Source: Anaeromyxobacter sp.
GTDB lineage: Bacteria > Myxococcota > Myxococcia > Myxococcales > Anaeromyxobacteraceae
Direction: 5' to 3'
NCBI GenBank assembly: GCA_049840735.1
Contig: JASGJN010000017.1
Coordinates: 224,001 to 288,000, forward strand
DNA: 64,000 bases
Shown: in pieces, positions 1 through 10,871 of the stretch
Numbering within the stretch: position 1 is the first letter of the stretch
Layout of the letters: each line of letters opens with the position of its first letter
Made by a program: the position numbers and the translations under genes
The notes under the pieces: generated by a model
What the model saw: only the letters and a program-made list of their open reading frames with translations
What the model was told of the DNA's origin: nothing
The model's database searches: none

Positions 1-28
1 CCCTGCCCGTAGTAGGCTGCCGGGACGC

Positions 29-1558
29 ATGGAGAAGCTCTCGCCCGACACCATCATCGGGATCGACCTGGGGACCACCAACTCGTGTGGCGCGGTCGCC
101 TATGGCGACGGCCAGGTCAAGCTCATCCCGTACAAGGGTGGCGACTACACCATCCCGTCGATCTTCGCGATCGACGACAAGGGGAACGAGCTGATCGGCC
201 ACGAGGCCAAGCGCCAGTGGCAGCTCAACCCCAAGAACACGCTCTACGCGACCAAGCGGCTGATCGGCCGCGCCCCCAAGGATGACGTGGTGGAGAGCGT
301 ACAGCGCTCGGTCCAGTACCGCGTCCACCCCGGCGGACAGAACGACGTGGAGCTGGACTGCCACGGGCGCTCGTTCCACGTCCCTGAGATCAGCGCCAAG
401 ATCCTGGCCAAGATCCGCGACGTCTCCTCCGACCACCTGGGCTTCAAGGTCTGCCGCGCGGTGGTGACCGTGCCGGCCTACTTCACCGACCGGCAGCGCC
501 AGGCCGTGAAGGAGGCAGGGAAGCTCATCGACCTGGACGTGGTCCGGATCATCAACGAGCCCACCGCCGCCGCGCTGGCCTACGGCATCGGGAAGAAGCT
601 CAACGAGCGGGTGCTGGTCTACGACCTGGGCGGCGGCACGTTCGACGTCTCCATCATCGAGATCCGCGATCGCGTCTTCGAGGTGAAGGCCACCGGGGGT
701 GACATCTTCCTGGGCGGCATCGACTTCGACAACGCGATGATCGCCCACGTGCTGGACGAGTTCCGCAAGAAGCACGGCATCGACCTGTCCTCGGATCCGG
801 TGGCCATGCAGCGCATCAAGGACCTGGCCGAGCGGACCAAGATCGACCTGTCGGCGCGGACCGAGGCCCCGTTCTCCATCCCCTTCATCACCATGACGCC
901 CCAGGGCCAGCCGCTCAACCTGGACGTCCGCTTCGACCGGAAGCTGCTCGAGGCGCTCACGCAGCACCTGGTGGACCGCTCGCTCAAGATCATGGGCGGC
1001 GTGATGGTGGACGCCGGCCTCACAGCCAAGGACATCGACGAGGTGATGCTGGTGGGCGGGCAGACCCGCATGCCCATCATCCAGGAGCGGCTGACCAGGT
1101 ACTTCGGCCGCCCGCCGTCCAAGGGCGTCCACCCCGACGAGGCGGTCGCCATCGGCGCGGCGCTCTACGGCTGGTCGCTGCAGGAGAACTCGGACCTCAA
1201 GGTCCAGCTGCTCGACGTCATCCCCATGGCCATCGGGATTGAGCAGGCGGGCGGCAAGATGCACGTGGTCTTCCCGCGCAACGCCGCCATCCCCAACGCC
1301 CGGACCGTGGCCGCCACCAGCTCGCTCGACAACCAGACCGACCTGGTGGTCCGCATCCACCAGGGCGACTCGGCGGAGTGCGTGCACAACGAGCTCCTCG
1401 GCGAGTTCACCTTCTCCGGGGCGCGCGCCGCCAGGGCCGGCGAGGTGCGCCTGGAGATCCTCTTCGAGGTGAACATCGAGGGGATCCTCACCATGAGCGC
1501 GCGGGACCTGGACACCGGGCGGCAGATGAAGACGACCGTGCGCGTCAGCGCTGGGTAG
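29..1558 (+). CDS. Hsp70/DnaK-family protein, lidless (509 aa)
   Basis: GIDLGTTNSC, RIINEPTAAA, VYDLGGGTFD, LVGGQTRMP, PDEAVAIGAA, linker LLDV; ends after the beta-sandwich substrate-binding domain. Confidence 0.93.
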   Translation: MEKLSPDTIIGIDLGTTNSCGAVAYGDGQVKLIPYKGGDYTIPSIFAIDDKGNELIGHEAKRQWQLNPKNTLYATKRLIGRAPKDDVVESVQRSVQYRVHPGGQNDVELDCHGRSFHVPEISAKILAKIRDVSSDHLGFKVCRAVVTVPAYFTDRQRQAVKEAGKLIDLDVVRIINEPTAAALAYGIGKKLNERVLVYDLGGGTFDVSIIEIRDRVFEVKATGGDIFLGGIDFDNAMIAHVLDEFRKKHGIDLSSDPVAMQRIKDLAERTKIDLSARTEAPFSIPFITMTPQGQPLNLDVRFDRKLLEALTQHLVDRSLKIMGGVMVDAGLTAKDIDEVMLVGGQTRMPIIQERLTRYFGRPPSKGVHPDEAVAIGAALYGWSLQENSDLKVQLLDVIPMAIGIEQAGGKMHVVFPRNAAIPNARTVAATSSLDNQTDLVVRIHQGDSAECVHNELLGEFTFSGARAARAGEVRLEILFEVNIEGILTMSARDLDTGRQMKTTVRVSAG

Positions 1559-1644
1559 CCTCCCTCCGCCCTCCCCTCCCTGGACATGGAACGGCCCCCG
1601 ACGCTCGCGCGCGGGGGCCGTGGTGCTTCCAGCTGGCCTTCGGC

Positions 1645-3102
1645 TCAGTGGCCGCGGCCGCCGCCGCGCGCGCCGCCGGAGGGGGCCGGACGGGCACCGC
1701 CGCCCCCACCACCGCCGTGCGGCACGGAGAAGCTGCCGGCGTTGCTGCCGCCGCCGCGCGGAGCCTGGTAGACCGGCGCGGGGGTGGCCGCGTTGCCGCC
1801 GCTTCGCGGGGCCTGGTAGACCGGCGCGGGAGTGGCCGCGTTGCCGCCGCCGCGCGGGGCGTCGTAGCCCTGGACGGGAGCGCTGGCGTCGCCGCGACGA
1901 GGGGGGCCGTTGTCGCCGCCACGGGGGGCGTCGTAGCCCTGGACGGCACCGCCGGCTCCGCCGCGCCGAGGGGGACCGTTGTCGCCGCCACGCGGGGCGT
2001 CGTAGCCCTGGACGGCACCGCTGGCTCCGCCGCGCCGAGGGGGACCGTTGTCGCCGCCACGCGGGGCGTCGTAGCCCTGGACGGCTCCGCCGGCTCCGCG
2101 CTCGGACGGAGACTGCGCCCGGGGCTGCTGGCCGTAGACCGGGCCGCCGCGCTCCGCCTGCGGGAAGGCCTGCTGGTTGCGCGGCACCGAGCCCTCGTCG
2201 CGGCGGAAGCCGCGCGGCGAGCCGTGGACCGGGCGCGACTCGGGGGCGCCGCTGCGCGCCGCCGGGACGCCGCGGCCGGGCCGGTAGATGGACACCTCAC
2301 CGGGCCGGACGGTGCGCGACTGGCCAGGGGTCGCGGCAGGCACCACCCGCACCGGGGTGATGGCGCGCCCCACGCGCTGCTCGATGGCGCGCGGCGGAGG
2401 GCCGCCCCAGGCCGGCGCAGGGACCGGACGGCCCGGCACCGGGCGACCGCCGGCGACCGGCGGCGCGGGCGCGGTGGCGTAGAAGTAGCGCCGGCCGTAG
2501 GTCGGGGCGTACGCCACCGAGTAGACCGGGTAGGCCACGAAGTGCGTGCAGGGGACGAAGGTCCACCAGAAATCCACGTACGGGTAGGCGTTCACGTAGA
2601 CCGACACGCCCGGGCCGAGCGGCGCCCAGCCGACCACGTCACCGGAGTAGCGCCAGGTCACCCAGGCCGGCGCCCACTGGTAGCCCGGCACCCAGACCCA
2701 GCCGTAGTAGCCGTCGTAGGTCCAGCGGCCGTAGTGGTACGCGGCCCAGCCGAAGGGCTCGTCCGAGACCCACAGCCAGCCTTCGTTGGTCCACTCCCAG
2801 CGGCCGTAGTAGTACGGCCGCCAGCCAGCAGCCACGTGGGGGCGCCAGACCATCCCGTAGCCGGCCACGTTAACCCACTGGCCATAAGGCGCCAGCGAGC
2901 CCTGGAAGGTGTCCAGGTTCACCTGGCCGGCGTCGCCGTTCAGGTCCACCGAGACGTCGTAGCCGTCGCCCTGCGGCTGCGGCTGGCCGGCGTCACCCCA
3001 CTCCTGGGAGTAGTCCTCCTCCCACTCCCGATCCTGTGCGCGGGCGACCCCCGGCAGGACGAGGGCACCGAGCAGGGCGAAGGTGAGCGCGCGGGGCAGC
3101 AT
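1645..3102 (-). CDS. Secreted DUF6600-like protein with long Gly/Pro/Arg repeat tail
   Basis: Signal peptide MLPRALTFALLGALVLPGVARA; LAPYGQW..WRP..GWRPYYYGRW..GWLWVSDEPFGWAAYHYGRW..WAPAWV motifs; AAGGAGA RBS upstream. Confidence 0.8.
   Translation of the reverse strand: MLPRALTFALLGALVLPGVARAQDREWEEDYSQEWGDAGQPQPQGDGYDVSVDLNGDAGQVNLDTFQGSLAPYGQWVNVAGYGMVWRPHVAAGWRPYYYGRWEWTNEGWLWVSDEPFGWAAYHYGRWTYDGYYGWVWVPGYQWAPAWVTWRYSGDVVGWAPLGPGVSVYVNAYPYVDFWWTFVPCTHFVAYPVYSVAYAPTYGRRYFYATAPAPPVAGGRPVPGRPVPAPAWGGPPPRAIEQRVGRAITPVRVVPAATPGQSRTVRPGEVSIYRPGRGVPAARSGAPESRPVHGSPRGFRRDEGSVPRNQQAFPQAERGGPVYGQQPRAQSPSERGAGGAVQGYDAPRGGDNGPPRRGGASGAVQGYDAPRGGDNGPPRRGGAGGAVQGYDAPRGGDNGPPRRGDASAPVQGYDAPRGGGNAATPAPVYQAPRSGGNAATPAPVYQAPRGGGSNAGSFSVPHGGGGGGGARPAPSGGARGGGRGH
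1745..2100. repeat. Intragenic tandem repeats (66-bp and 51-bp units)
   Basis: GAVQGYDAPRGGDNGPPRRGG x3 (plus one partial) and ATPAPVYQAPR x2, visible in DNA and protein. Confidence 0.9.
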
Positions 3103-3174
3103 GGCGTATCTCCTTGCGGGCGACCTCGCCGGGAACGGTGCGAGGTGAGCACGCGGCACGACGACCCATCGCAC

Positions 3175-3190
3175 AGCAACGAGCGTGCCG
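3175..3190 (-). promoter_or_regulatory. Sigma54-type promoter of the DUF6600 gene
   Basis: CGGCACG-CTCG-TTGCT on the minus strand (GG-N10-GC), ~75 bp upstream of the ATG. Confidence 0.65.
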
Positions 3191-3378
3191 CGAAGAAAGC
3201 CCGGTTGCAACGGGGATTTCCGTGTAGCCGGACCGGCGGAGGCGGCACAGTGTGCCACCTGTTCACCGGCCCGGGCCCGGCGGCACGGGTGCCGCCTACC
3301 CGGACCCACACCGGACGGCCCCTGAAGCGCGACGGGCGGCCAGGAGGCCGCCCGCTCGGTGCCCGGCCAGGGACGGCC

Positions 3379-4666
<1,288 letters not shown>

Positions 4667-4820
4667 GCGTTTCCTCTTCCCGCCTGATGTTACCACCAAA
4701 ACCCGGCCCGCCCAGCAACCGGCCCTGGCCGAATATAGCCAGGCCTCCACCATATCGCCTTCCCAACTCCATGGTGGGCGCGACGGGGGTCTCGCAAGGC
4801 CCCTCGACCAGGGGTCAGGG

Positions 4821-5444
4821 CTACCCTTCGAGGAGGTCTTCCAGCTCCTCCGCCAGCCCCTCGGCCTTCTGCGCGAGGGGCCGCGGCACACCATTCTCGC
4901 CCTTGCAGGCCTCGGCCAGGCGGCGCGCGGCCGCGGCCAGGCGGGCGAGCCGCTCGCCCTTCGGCGGACTGGGCGGCGCCGGGGGTGGTCCGAACTTCTC
5001 CGACAGCTTGCGGTTCATGGCCGCAGGCGTGGGGGGCCGCTCCAGGACCTCGTCGCGCAGCTCGCGCCACCCCGAGTCGGTGAGGCGGCCCGAGGCCTCG
5101 GCCCGCGAGAGGACCTCGATCACCTCGAACGGCGGCGCCTTCTCGTCGCCGCCGCGCGCGCGGGCCAGGCCCGGCTCGTGCTTCTCGAGGAAGTGGTACG
5201 AGGCGGTGAGCTTGTCCGCGGTGGCGCCGCGGATGAAGAGCTCCTTCGAGCAGTAGCGCTCGAAGCTGGGGTGGCCCCACTCGCGCCACAGCTCCTTGCG
5301 TCGCACCTCGGCCAGCAGCCGGCCGAACTCGACCCAGGCCGACTTGAAGCGCTGCGCGCCCTCCATGACGCGGCGGCGCATCGAGCCCTCCGGGAGGTCC
5401 TCGGCGCGGGCCGCCAGCTTCTCAGCGGTGCTCGTCGGGCTCAT
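4821..5444 (-). CDS. Hypothetical helical protein (207 aa)
   Basis: Coding-like codon bias; start is 1 nt from the stop of the upstream gene. Confidence 0.7.
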   Translation of the reverse strand: MSPTSTAEKLAARAEDLPEGSMRRRVMEGAQRFKSAWVEFGRLLAEVRRKELWREWGHPSFERYCSKELFIRGATADKLTASYHFLEKHEPGLARARGGDEKAPPFEVIEVLSRAEASGRLTDSGWRELRDEVLERPPTPAAMNRKLSEKFGPPPAPPSPPKGERLARLAAAARRLAEACKGENGVPRPLAQKAEGLAEELEDLLEG

Positions 5445-5445
5445 G

Positions 5446-6342
5446 TCAGCGTCCGATGCTGAAGGCGAGCTGCACGGTGGGGCGCTGGCCGGGGAACGGA
5501 TCGAAGCGCCAGGCCGCCAGCGCGCGGGTCAGGCACTCGCGCAGCGGCCCCTCGCGGAAGCGCGGATCGTCGATCCAGAGCGCCACCACCCGGCCGTCGT
5601 TGCCGATGGCGAACTCCAGCGGCACGTCGCCGCGCAGCTCCGGCCAGCGGGCCGCCTCCTCCTTGAAGCAGGGGGCCAGCGTGCGCTGCTGCCGGTTGAC
5701 CACCGCCTGGATGCGCCCCACGTCGAACTGGGCCACCACCAGGTCGCCGCCGGCCGGCGGTGCGGCCTGCGCGGCGGCCGGCTTGTGCCGCACCGGCGCG
5801 CGGGCCGCAGGCGCGTCCGGGGCAGCCGGCTCGAAGGCGACCTCGATCTCGTCGGCGCCGCCGCCGGAGCGGCCGGACACGCCGATGCGCGTGGGACCGG
5901 CGATGCGGATGCCCTGGCCGAAGTCCTCCAGCAGCGGGCTCTCCGCGCCGTGCCCCAGCAGCCGGTCCAGCAGCGGCCGGAACGGGGGCGAGAGCGCCAC
6001 GCCCACCACCGCCAGCACCGCCACGCCCACCGCGGCCAGCACCAGCTTGGCCCGCGAGCGCCGCGCCCGGAGCTTGCGCGCGCCGGTGACCTCGGCCTCG
6101 ATGCGCAGCGCGGCCTCGGCCTTGCGCGCGTGGAGCTGGAACAGCGGCACCTCGCCCAGCGGCGCCCAGCGGCCGTCGCCGGAGGAGACCGGCGTGGAGG
6201 CGTCCAGCTCCCCGCGGTAGAGCATCGCCGCCAGCGCGCGCGAGGCGACCGGGCCGAACACCTCGCCGCGGCGCCGGAAGAGCCACTCGCCGGCGTCGAG
6301 GGCAGGATCGTCCGGGAGGAACGGCGCTTCGGGTCCAGTCAT
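5446..6342 (-). CDS. GYF_2 domain + TM + AgmX/PglI (TonB-C-like) C-terminal domain protein
   Basis: EWLFRRRGEVFGPV..L..GEL...T.V GYF_2-like motif; TM LVLAAVGVAVLAVVGVAL; C-terminal IQAVV..LAPCF..LEFAIGNDGRV..ECL..WRFDPFPG. Confidence 0.75.
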   Translation of the reverse strand: MTGPEAPFLPDDPALDAGEWLFRRRGEVFGPVASRALAAMLYRGELDASTPVSSGDGRWAPLGEVPLFQLHARKAEAALRIEAEVTGARKLRARRSRAKLVLAAVGVAVLAVVGVALSPPFRPLLDRLLGHGAESPLLEDFGQGIRIAGPTRIGVSGRSGGGADEIEVAFEPAAPDAPAARAPVRHKPAAAQAAPPAGGDLVVAQFDVGRIQAVVNRQQRTLAPCFKEEAARWPELRGDVPLEFAIGNDGRVVALWIDDPRFREGPLRECLTRALAAWRFDPFPGQRPTVQLAFSIGR

Positions 6343-6405
6343 GCGGTGGGGGCTCGTCGAGAAGGCTCGCGCCGTTGCGGCGGGCGTGGTGAACTTAGCA
6401 CGACC

Positions 6406-7206
6406 TTGGAACGGCGCACCTACGCTCTCCGCCTCCTCTACGATGGTGCCCGCTTTCGCGGGTTCCAGCGCCAGCCCGGGCTGCCCACCGTCCAGGAGGC
6501 GGTGGAGGACGCGCTGGCCAAGGTGGGGATCCGTGCGCCGCTGGCGGTGGCGGCGCGGACCGACGCCGGCGTACACGCGCTGGCGCAGGTGGTCAGCTTC
6601 TCCGCCCGCGCGGCGCTGGATCCCGAGGCGTTGCGGCAGCGCGTCAACGCCGACCTGCCCGAGGGGCTGATGGCGCTCGAGGTCTGGGCGGCGCCGGCGT
6701 GCTTCCACGCCCGCAACTCGGCGCGCTCGCGCACCTACGTCTACCTGCTGGGCGTGGACGTGCCCGAAGCGGTGCGACCATACGCCTGGGCGTTGCCAGA
6801 CGCGCGGGCGTTCCCGGAGCTGGCGGCGCCGGTCATCGACCCGGCGGCGATGCGGGCCGCGCTGCAAGCAGCCGTGGGCGAGCACGACTTCACCGGCTTC
6901 GCCCGGCCCGGCGAGCAGCGCGGGACCGTGCGCACCCTGCTCCGGGCCGAGGTGATCACGGCGGAGTGGACCCCGCTTCACGCGGTGGTGCTGGAGGGCA
7001 AGGGGTTCCTGCGCGCCATGGTCCGCAACCTGGTCGGCACCGCGGCCACCGTCGGCGTGGGGCTCGCTCCGGTGGAGCGGGTCGCCGAGCTGATCGCGGC
7101 GCGCGGGCGGTACCGCGGCGTGCGCGCGCCCGGGTGGGGCCTCACGCTGGCCGCGGTCGCCTATCCGCCGGGGCAGCTTCCAGCGCCGCCCGGTACAGCT
7201 CGCTGA
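6406..7206 (+). CDS. truA: tRNA pseudouridine(38-40) synthase
   Basis: YDGARFRGFQRQ, RTDAGVHA, FHAR, GEHDF, FLRAMVRNLVG; TTG start inferred. Confidence 0.9.
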   Translation: MERRTYALRLLYDGARFRGFQRQPGLPTVQEAVEDALAKVGIRAPLAVAARTDAGVHALAQVVSFSARAALDPEALRQRVNADLPEGLMALEVWAAPACFHARNSARSRTYVYLLGVDVPEAVRPYAWALPDARAFPELAAPVIDPAAMRAALQAAVGEHDFTGFARPGEQRGTVRTLLRAEVITAEWTPLHAVVLEGKGFLRAMVRNLVGTAATVGVGLAPVERVAELIAARGRYRGVRAPGWGLTLAAVAYPPGQLPAPPGTAR

Positions 7207-7314
7207 ACACCTCGAACACCGGGGAGCGGCCGCCCGGCGTCACCCGCACGCGGCGCGCCGGCAGGCGCGGCGGAGGCGGCGGCACCGGACGGTCGCCCGA
7301 TCCCGGGGTACCGC

Positions 7315-7560
7315 TCACATCGCCCTCTGCTGCTCGGGGTGCTGGCCGTACTTGGCGAGGAGGTCCGCCACGGCCTCGCGCAGGTAGTCCGACTGACGCA
7401 CGCGGGTGCGACGCGCCAGGTTGCGCAGCTCGGTGGCCAGCTGCGGCGGGAGCCGGATCAGCATGGGCTCCAGGCGGGTCGTGGCGACGGCGGCGGCGTG
7501 GTCGGCGGCGTTGAGCTGGACGGCGATATCGTCGGGGTGCATGTGCGCTCCTTGCGACAT
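7315..7560 (-). CDS. Ribbon-helix-helix DNA-binding protein
   Basis: MLIRLPPQLATELRNLARRTRVRQSDYLREAVADLLAKY matches the RHH pattern. Confidence 0.75.
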   Translation of the reverse strand: MSQGAHMHPDDIAVQLNAADHAAAVATTRLEPMLIRLPPQLATELRNLARRTRVRQSDYLREAVADLLAKYGQHPEQQRAM

Positions 7561-7797
7561 GGGATGACTTACACCTACACGCTACCACCCGATATGCGGG
7601 TCGCAAGAAAGCGTCGAAAAATCCGAAAACTTGACGGGAAGCGAGCGGAACGGGGCGCCGCCGAAGAGGGCCGCACGGTGCGTGGAAACGGCTCGCGCAG
7701 AGGCCTTCCAGGGCCTCAGACCTCAGGCATCAGGACTCGGGAGAAGCGCCTCTACCTGAGGCCCGAAGCCTGAGGCCTCGGGCCCATGAGCCGCGCG

Positions 7798-8337
7798 CTA
7801 GAACCTGAGCTGCAACCCGGTCGAAGCGTAGAAGCTGGCGATGCGGGCCTCGCCGAAGCTGGACGAGAACCCGCCGCTCACGAAGACACCGCCGCTGCGC
7901 GACCAGTCATAGATAACGCCCAGCCCCACCATCGGGCCGACGCCCACGCGAGACTTGAGCGGGGCCCAGAGCCCCACGTCGAAGAAGGTCTTCCACTCCT
8001 CGGTGCCGAAGTAGGCGCGGTAGCGCAGGTCGGCGGTGAGCAGGACATTCTCCTGGGCCGGATTGTCCCAGGAGGCGAGCGTGCCGGTCAGGCCCACCAT
8101 CAGCTCGTTCCCCTCCCCCAGCACGTCCCAGCCGTAGCCCAGCCGCAGCGCCGGGCGCCAGGACGAGGCCGACGCCTTGCCGGAGATGGCCACGGTGTCG
8201 TGGGCCACCAGCGCCTCGACCACGGGGCCCTGCAGGTCGCGGTGGTCGTAGCGCGGCTCGAGCGCGGCCCCCAGCGCAGGCGCGAGCAGGAAGGCGAGGA
8301 GCGCGGCGCGGCGAACGGTCTTCCTGGCTTGGGTCAC
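7798..8337 (-). CDS. Putative small outer-membrane beta-barrel protein
   Basis: Signal-like N-terminus, alternating aromatic strands, C-terminal GLQLRF; fusion to larE in the ORF track results from a frameshift. Confidence 0.7.
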   Translation of the reverse strand: MTQARKTVRRAALLAFLLAPALGAALEPRYDHRDLQGPVVEALVAHDTVAISGKASASSWRPALRLGYGWDVLGEGNELMVGLTGTLASWDNPAQENVLLTADLRYRAYFGTEEWKTFFDVGLWAPLKSRVGVGPMVGLGVIYDWSRSGGVFVSGGFSSSFGEARIASFYASTGLQLRF

Positions 8338-8378
8338 GGGAGGCTCCGGCTCGGGGCGCGGGGGGCGTTCTCGTGCCT

Positions 8379-9231
8379 TCAAGGCACGACCGGGAGGGGG
8401 ATGCCGGCCAGGGCGTTCATCCGGCCCGAGCGGAACGGCTCCAGATTCCAGCACCGCCAGCTTGAACCCGGCCGCCTTCACCGCGGCCACCAGCTCCGCG
8501 CGGCGGCCGAAGGCCTGCTCCAGCTCGGCCTCGGAGACCTCGACGCGGCCGATGTCGCCGTGGTGCCGGACGCGCAGCTCCCTGAGCCCGAGCGCGCGCA
8601 GCCCGGCCTCGGCGCGCTCCACCTGCGCCAGCCGCTCCGGGGTGACCGGCGTGCCATAGGGGATGCGCGAGGCCAGGCAGGCCAGCTGCGGCTTGTCCCA
8701 GGTCGGCAGCCCCAGCGCCTCGCTCCAGGCCCGGACCTCGTCCTTGGTCAGCCCGACCTCCGCCAGCAGCGAGCGGACCCCGCGCTCGCCGGCGGCGCGG
8801 TGACCCGGCCGGTGGTCGCGGCGATCGTCCGCGTTGAAGCCGTCGAGGATGGCGGCGAGCCCCTCCCGCGCCGCGGTCTCCTGGCAGAGCCGGTAGAGCT
8901 CGGACTTGCAGAAGTAGCAGCGGTCGGAGCCGTTCGCGACGTAGCGCGGGTCGTCGCCCTCGCGGCTCTCGACCTCGACCAGCCGCGCCCCCAGCCGCGC
9001 CGCCAGGGCGCGCGCCTCGGCCCGCTCCGCAGCCGGCACCGAGGCGGAGTGGGCGATGAGCGCCAGCGCGCGATCGCCCAGCGCTTCGCGCGCCACGGCC
9101 AGCAGGAAGGTGGAGTCCACGCCGGCGGAGAACGCGACCAGGGCGCTGCCGCAGCCCCCCAGCGCCTCGCGCAGGCGCGCCAGCTTCGGCGCCGAGGCGG
9201 CGCGGACGGACTCGAGCGACGGGGTGCTCAT
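8379..9231 (-). CDS. larE: LarE-family ATP-dependent sulfur insertase (apparent 1-nt insertion at ~8446)
   Basis: PP-loop AFSAGVDS, RCYFCK, DGFNADD..DHRPG, ACLASRIPYG, LRVRHHG; corrected end VLDLEPFRSGRMN. Confidence 0.88.
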
Positions 9232-9270
9232 GGCGGCGGCATGCATAGCACGGGCGGCCGCCTGCGGCTG

Positions 9271-9990
9271 CTACCGCCTGCGCTTGGCCGCCTTGGCGCC
9301 GCGCGCCGGCACCTTGCGCGGCACCTTGCGCGGCGCCTTGCGGGCCGCCGCCTTGGCCGCCAGCTTCTGCCGGCCGCCCGAGCGCGCCGCGGGCGCCGGC
9401 TTGGCGCGCCGCGCGCGGAGCCCGCCGGTGAGCCGGGTGAACTCGGCCGGGGGCAGGTAGCGGGCGTCCACCATGGCCTGGAAGATCTGGTGGACCGCGT
9501 CCTGGACCTCGAGCTGCTCGGTGTGGAGCGTCAGCTCGGCGCGCGCCGGGGGCTCGTAGGGCACGTCCACGCCGAAGACGTTCTTCACCTCGCCCGCCAG
9601 CGCCTTCTTGTAGAGCGAGCCGCCCTCGCGCCCCTGCAGCGCCTCCATGGAGCAGTCCACGAAGACCTCCAGGAAGCGGCGCGCCTCGCGCCGGACCTGC
9701 TCGCGGGCGTCGCGATAGGGCGAGAGCGCCGAGACCACCGCGATGCCGCCGGCCTTCATGATGCCGCGGGCCGCGTAGCCCAGCCGCGCGACGATCCTGG
9801 CCTGCTCCTCCTTGGCCGGGCCGAGCCCGTCGATGAGGACCTTCGCCTCGCCGTCCTCGTCGAGCAGCTGCGCCGGCAGCCCCACCGTGGACAGCCGCTG
9901 TGCCACCAGCGTGGCCAGCGTGCTCTTGCCCGACCGGTGCATGCCCGTCAGCCAGATGATGAAGCCGTTCCCCTGCGCCTGGATGTCCAT
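9271..9990 (-). CDS. cysC: Adenylyl-sulfate (APS) kinase-like protein with basic Lys/Arg/Ala tail
   Basis: IWLTGMHRSGKST, ALSPYRDAR, FLEVFV, LYKKALAGEVKN.FGVDVPYEPP; GGAGGA RBS. Confidence 0.75.
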   Translation of the reverse strand: MDIQAQGNGFIIWLTGMHRSGKSTLATLVAQRLSTVGLPAQLLDEDGEAKVLIDGLGPAKEEQARIVARLGYAARGIMKAGGIAVVSALSPYRDAREQVRREARRFLEVFVDCSMEALQGREGGSLYKKALAGEVKNVFGVDVPYEPPARAELTLHTEQLEVQDAVHQIFQAMVDARYLPPAEFTRLTGGLRARRAKPAPAARSGGRQKLAAKAAARKAPRKVPRKVPARGAKAAKRRR

Positions 9991-10151
9991 GCGATCCTCC
10001 GGTGCGCCCAGGTGCGACCCCCCGGCCCGGGCGGCGCCACGGCCAAAGTCGAAAAAGTATACCCTTTGGCGCACCCCCATTTCCACCCGGGTGCCGGATC
10101 GCCGGTCGGATTTCTGGTGAGATCGAGGTGGCTTGCGCGATATCGGAGCGC

Positions 10152-10850
10152 TTACGCCTCCGGCGCCTTCGCCGGCTCGCCCGCGCAGACGCACCCTGCC
10201 AGGCGCTGGGTGGGCCGGACCATGGCCGCCCCGCGGATCAGCTCGATCCGGCGCCCCGTCACCCCGGGAAGGCCCGTGAGCATGAGGATCAGCTCGGAGG
10301 CGGCCACCGCGGCCAGCGCTCCGGCTCCTGGCAGGGGTGGGCGCCCCGCCCCGGTCACCGAACGGGCGCAGGCAAAGCATGGCGCCCCAGGCGGGACGCT
10401 GACCACCGAGCCACCCTCCCCGTCCGCCTCCACCACCACGTGCGGGATCCCGGCGCGCCGGGCCTCCTCTGCAGCCTGGAGCGCCTGCGTGGTGGATGCG
10501 GCGCAGATGAAGGCGCCGCTGGGGACACCGCCCACCGGGTAGCGGTCCACCAGCACGAACTCCGACAGCGGCCCCAGCGCCTGGCGGGCGGCCTCCACCC
10601 GGGACCGGCCCACCGCGGACGGCGGATAGAGCCAGCTGGGCGCGTCGGCCGGGCCCACATCCTCGTGGTCGTCGAGCCAGAGCCGCCCCACCCCGGCCTG
10701 GACCAGGTAGACCAGCCCCGGCCCGGCCACGGCGCTCGCGCCCACCGCGCGGACGCGCGAGCCCAGCAGCAGCTCCTGCGCCGCCTCACCCAGCCCCGGC
10801 ACCAGCAGCTGCCGCGCGTACCGCGCGATCCGATCCTCGCTCAACGCCAC
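10152..10850 (-). CDS. ThiF/MoeB-family protein, catalytically degenerate (retains RYARQ)
   Basis: RYARQL, AGVGRL, PCFAC; lacks GxGxxG, SNLxRQ and the catalytic Cys. Confidence 0.85.
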   Translation of the reverse strand: MALSEDRIARYARQLLVPGLGEAAQELLLGSRVRAVGASAVAGPGLVYLVQAGVGRLWLDDHEDVGPADAPSWLYPPSAVGRSRVEAARQALGPLSEFVLVDRYPVGGVPSGAFICAASTTQALQAAEEARRAGIPHVVVEADGEGGSVVSVPPGAPCFACARSVTGAGRPPLPGAGALAAVAASELILMLTGLPGVTGRRIELIRGAAMVRPTQRLAGCVCAGEPAKAPEA

Positions 10851-10871
10851 GGTGGGCTCCTCTCGCTCGCC

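Noticed and set aside
7798..9246. LarE-beta-barrel fusion
   Set aside because: Removing one base at the GATTC restores the LarE C-terminus and a stop at 8379
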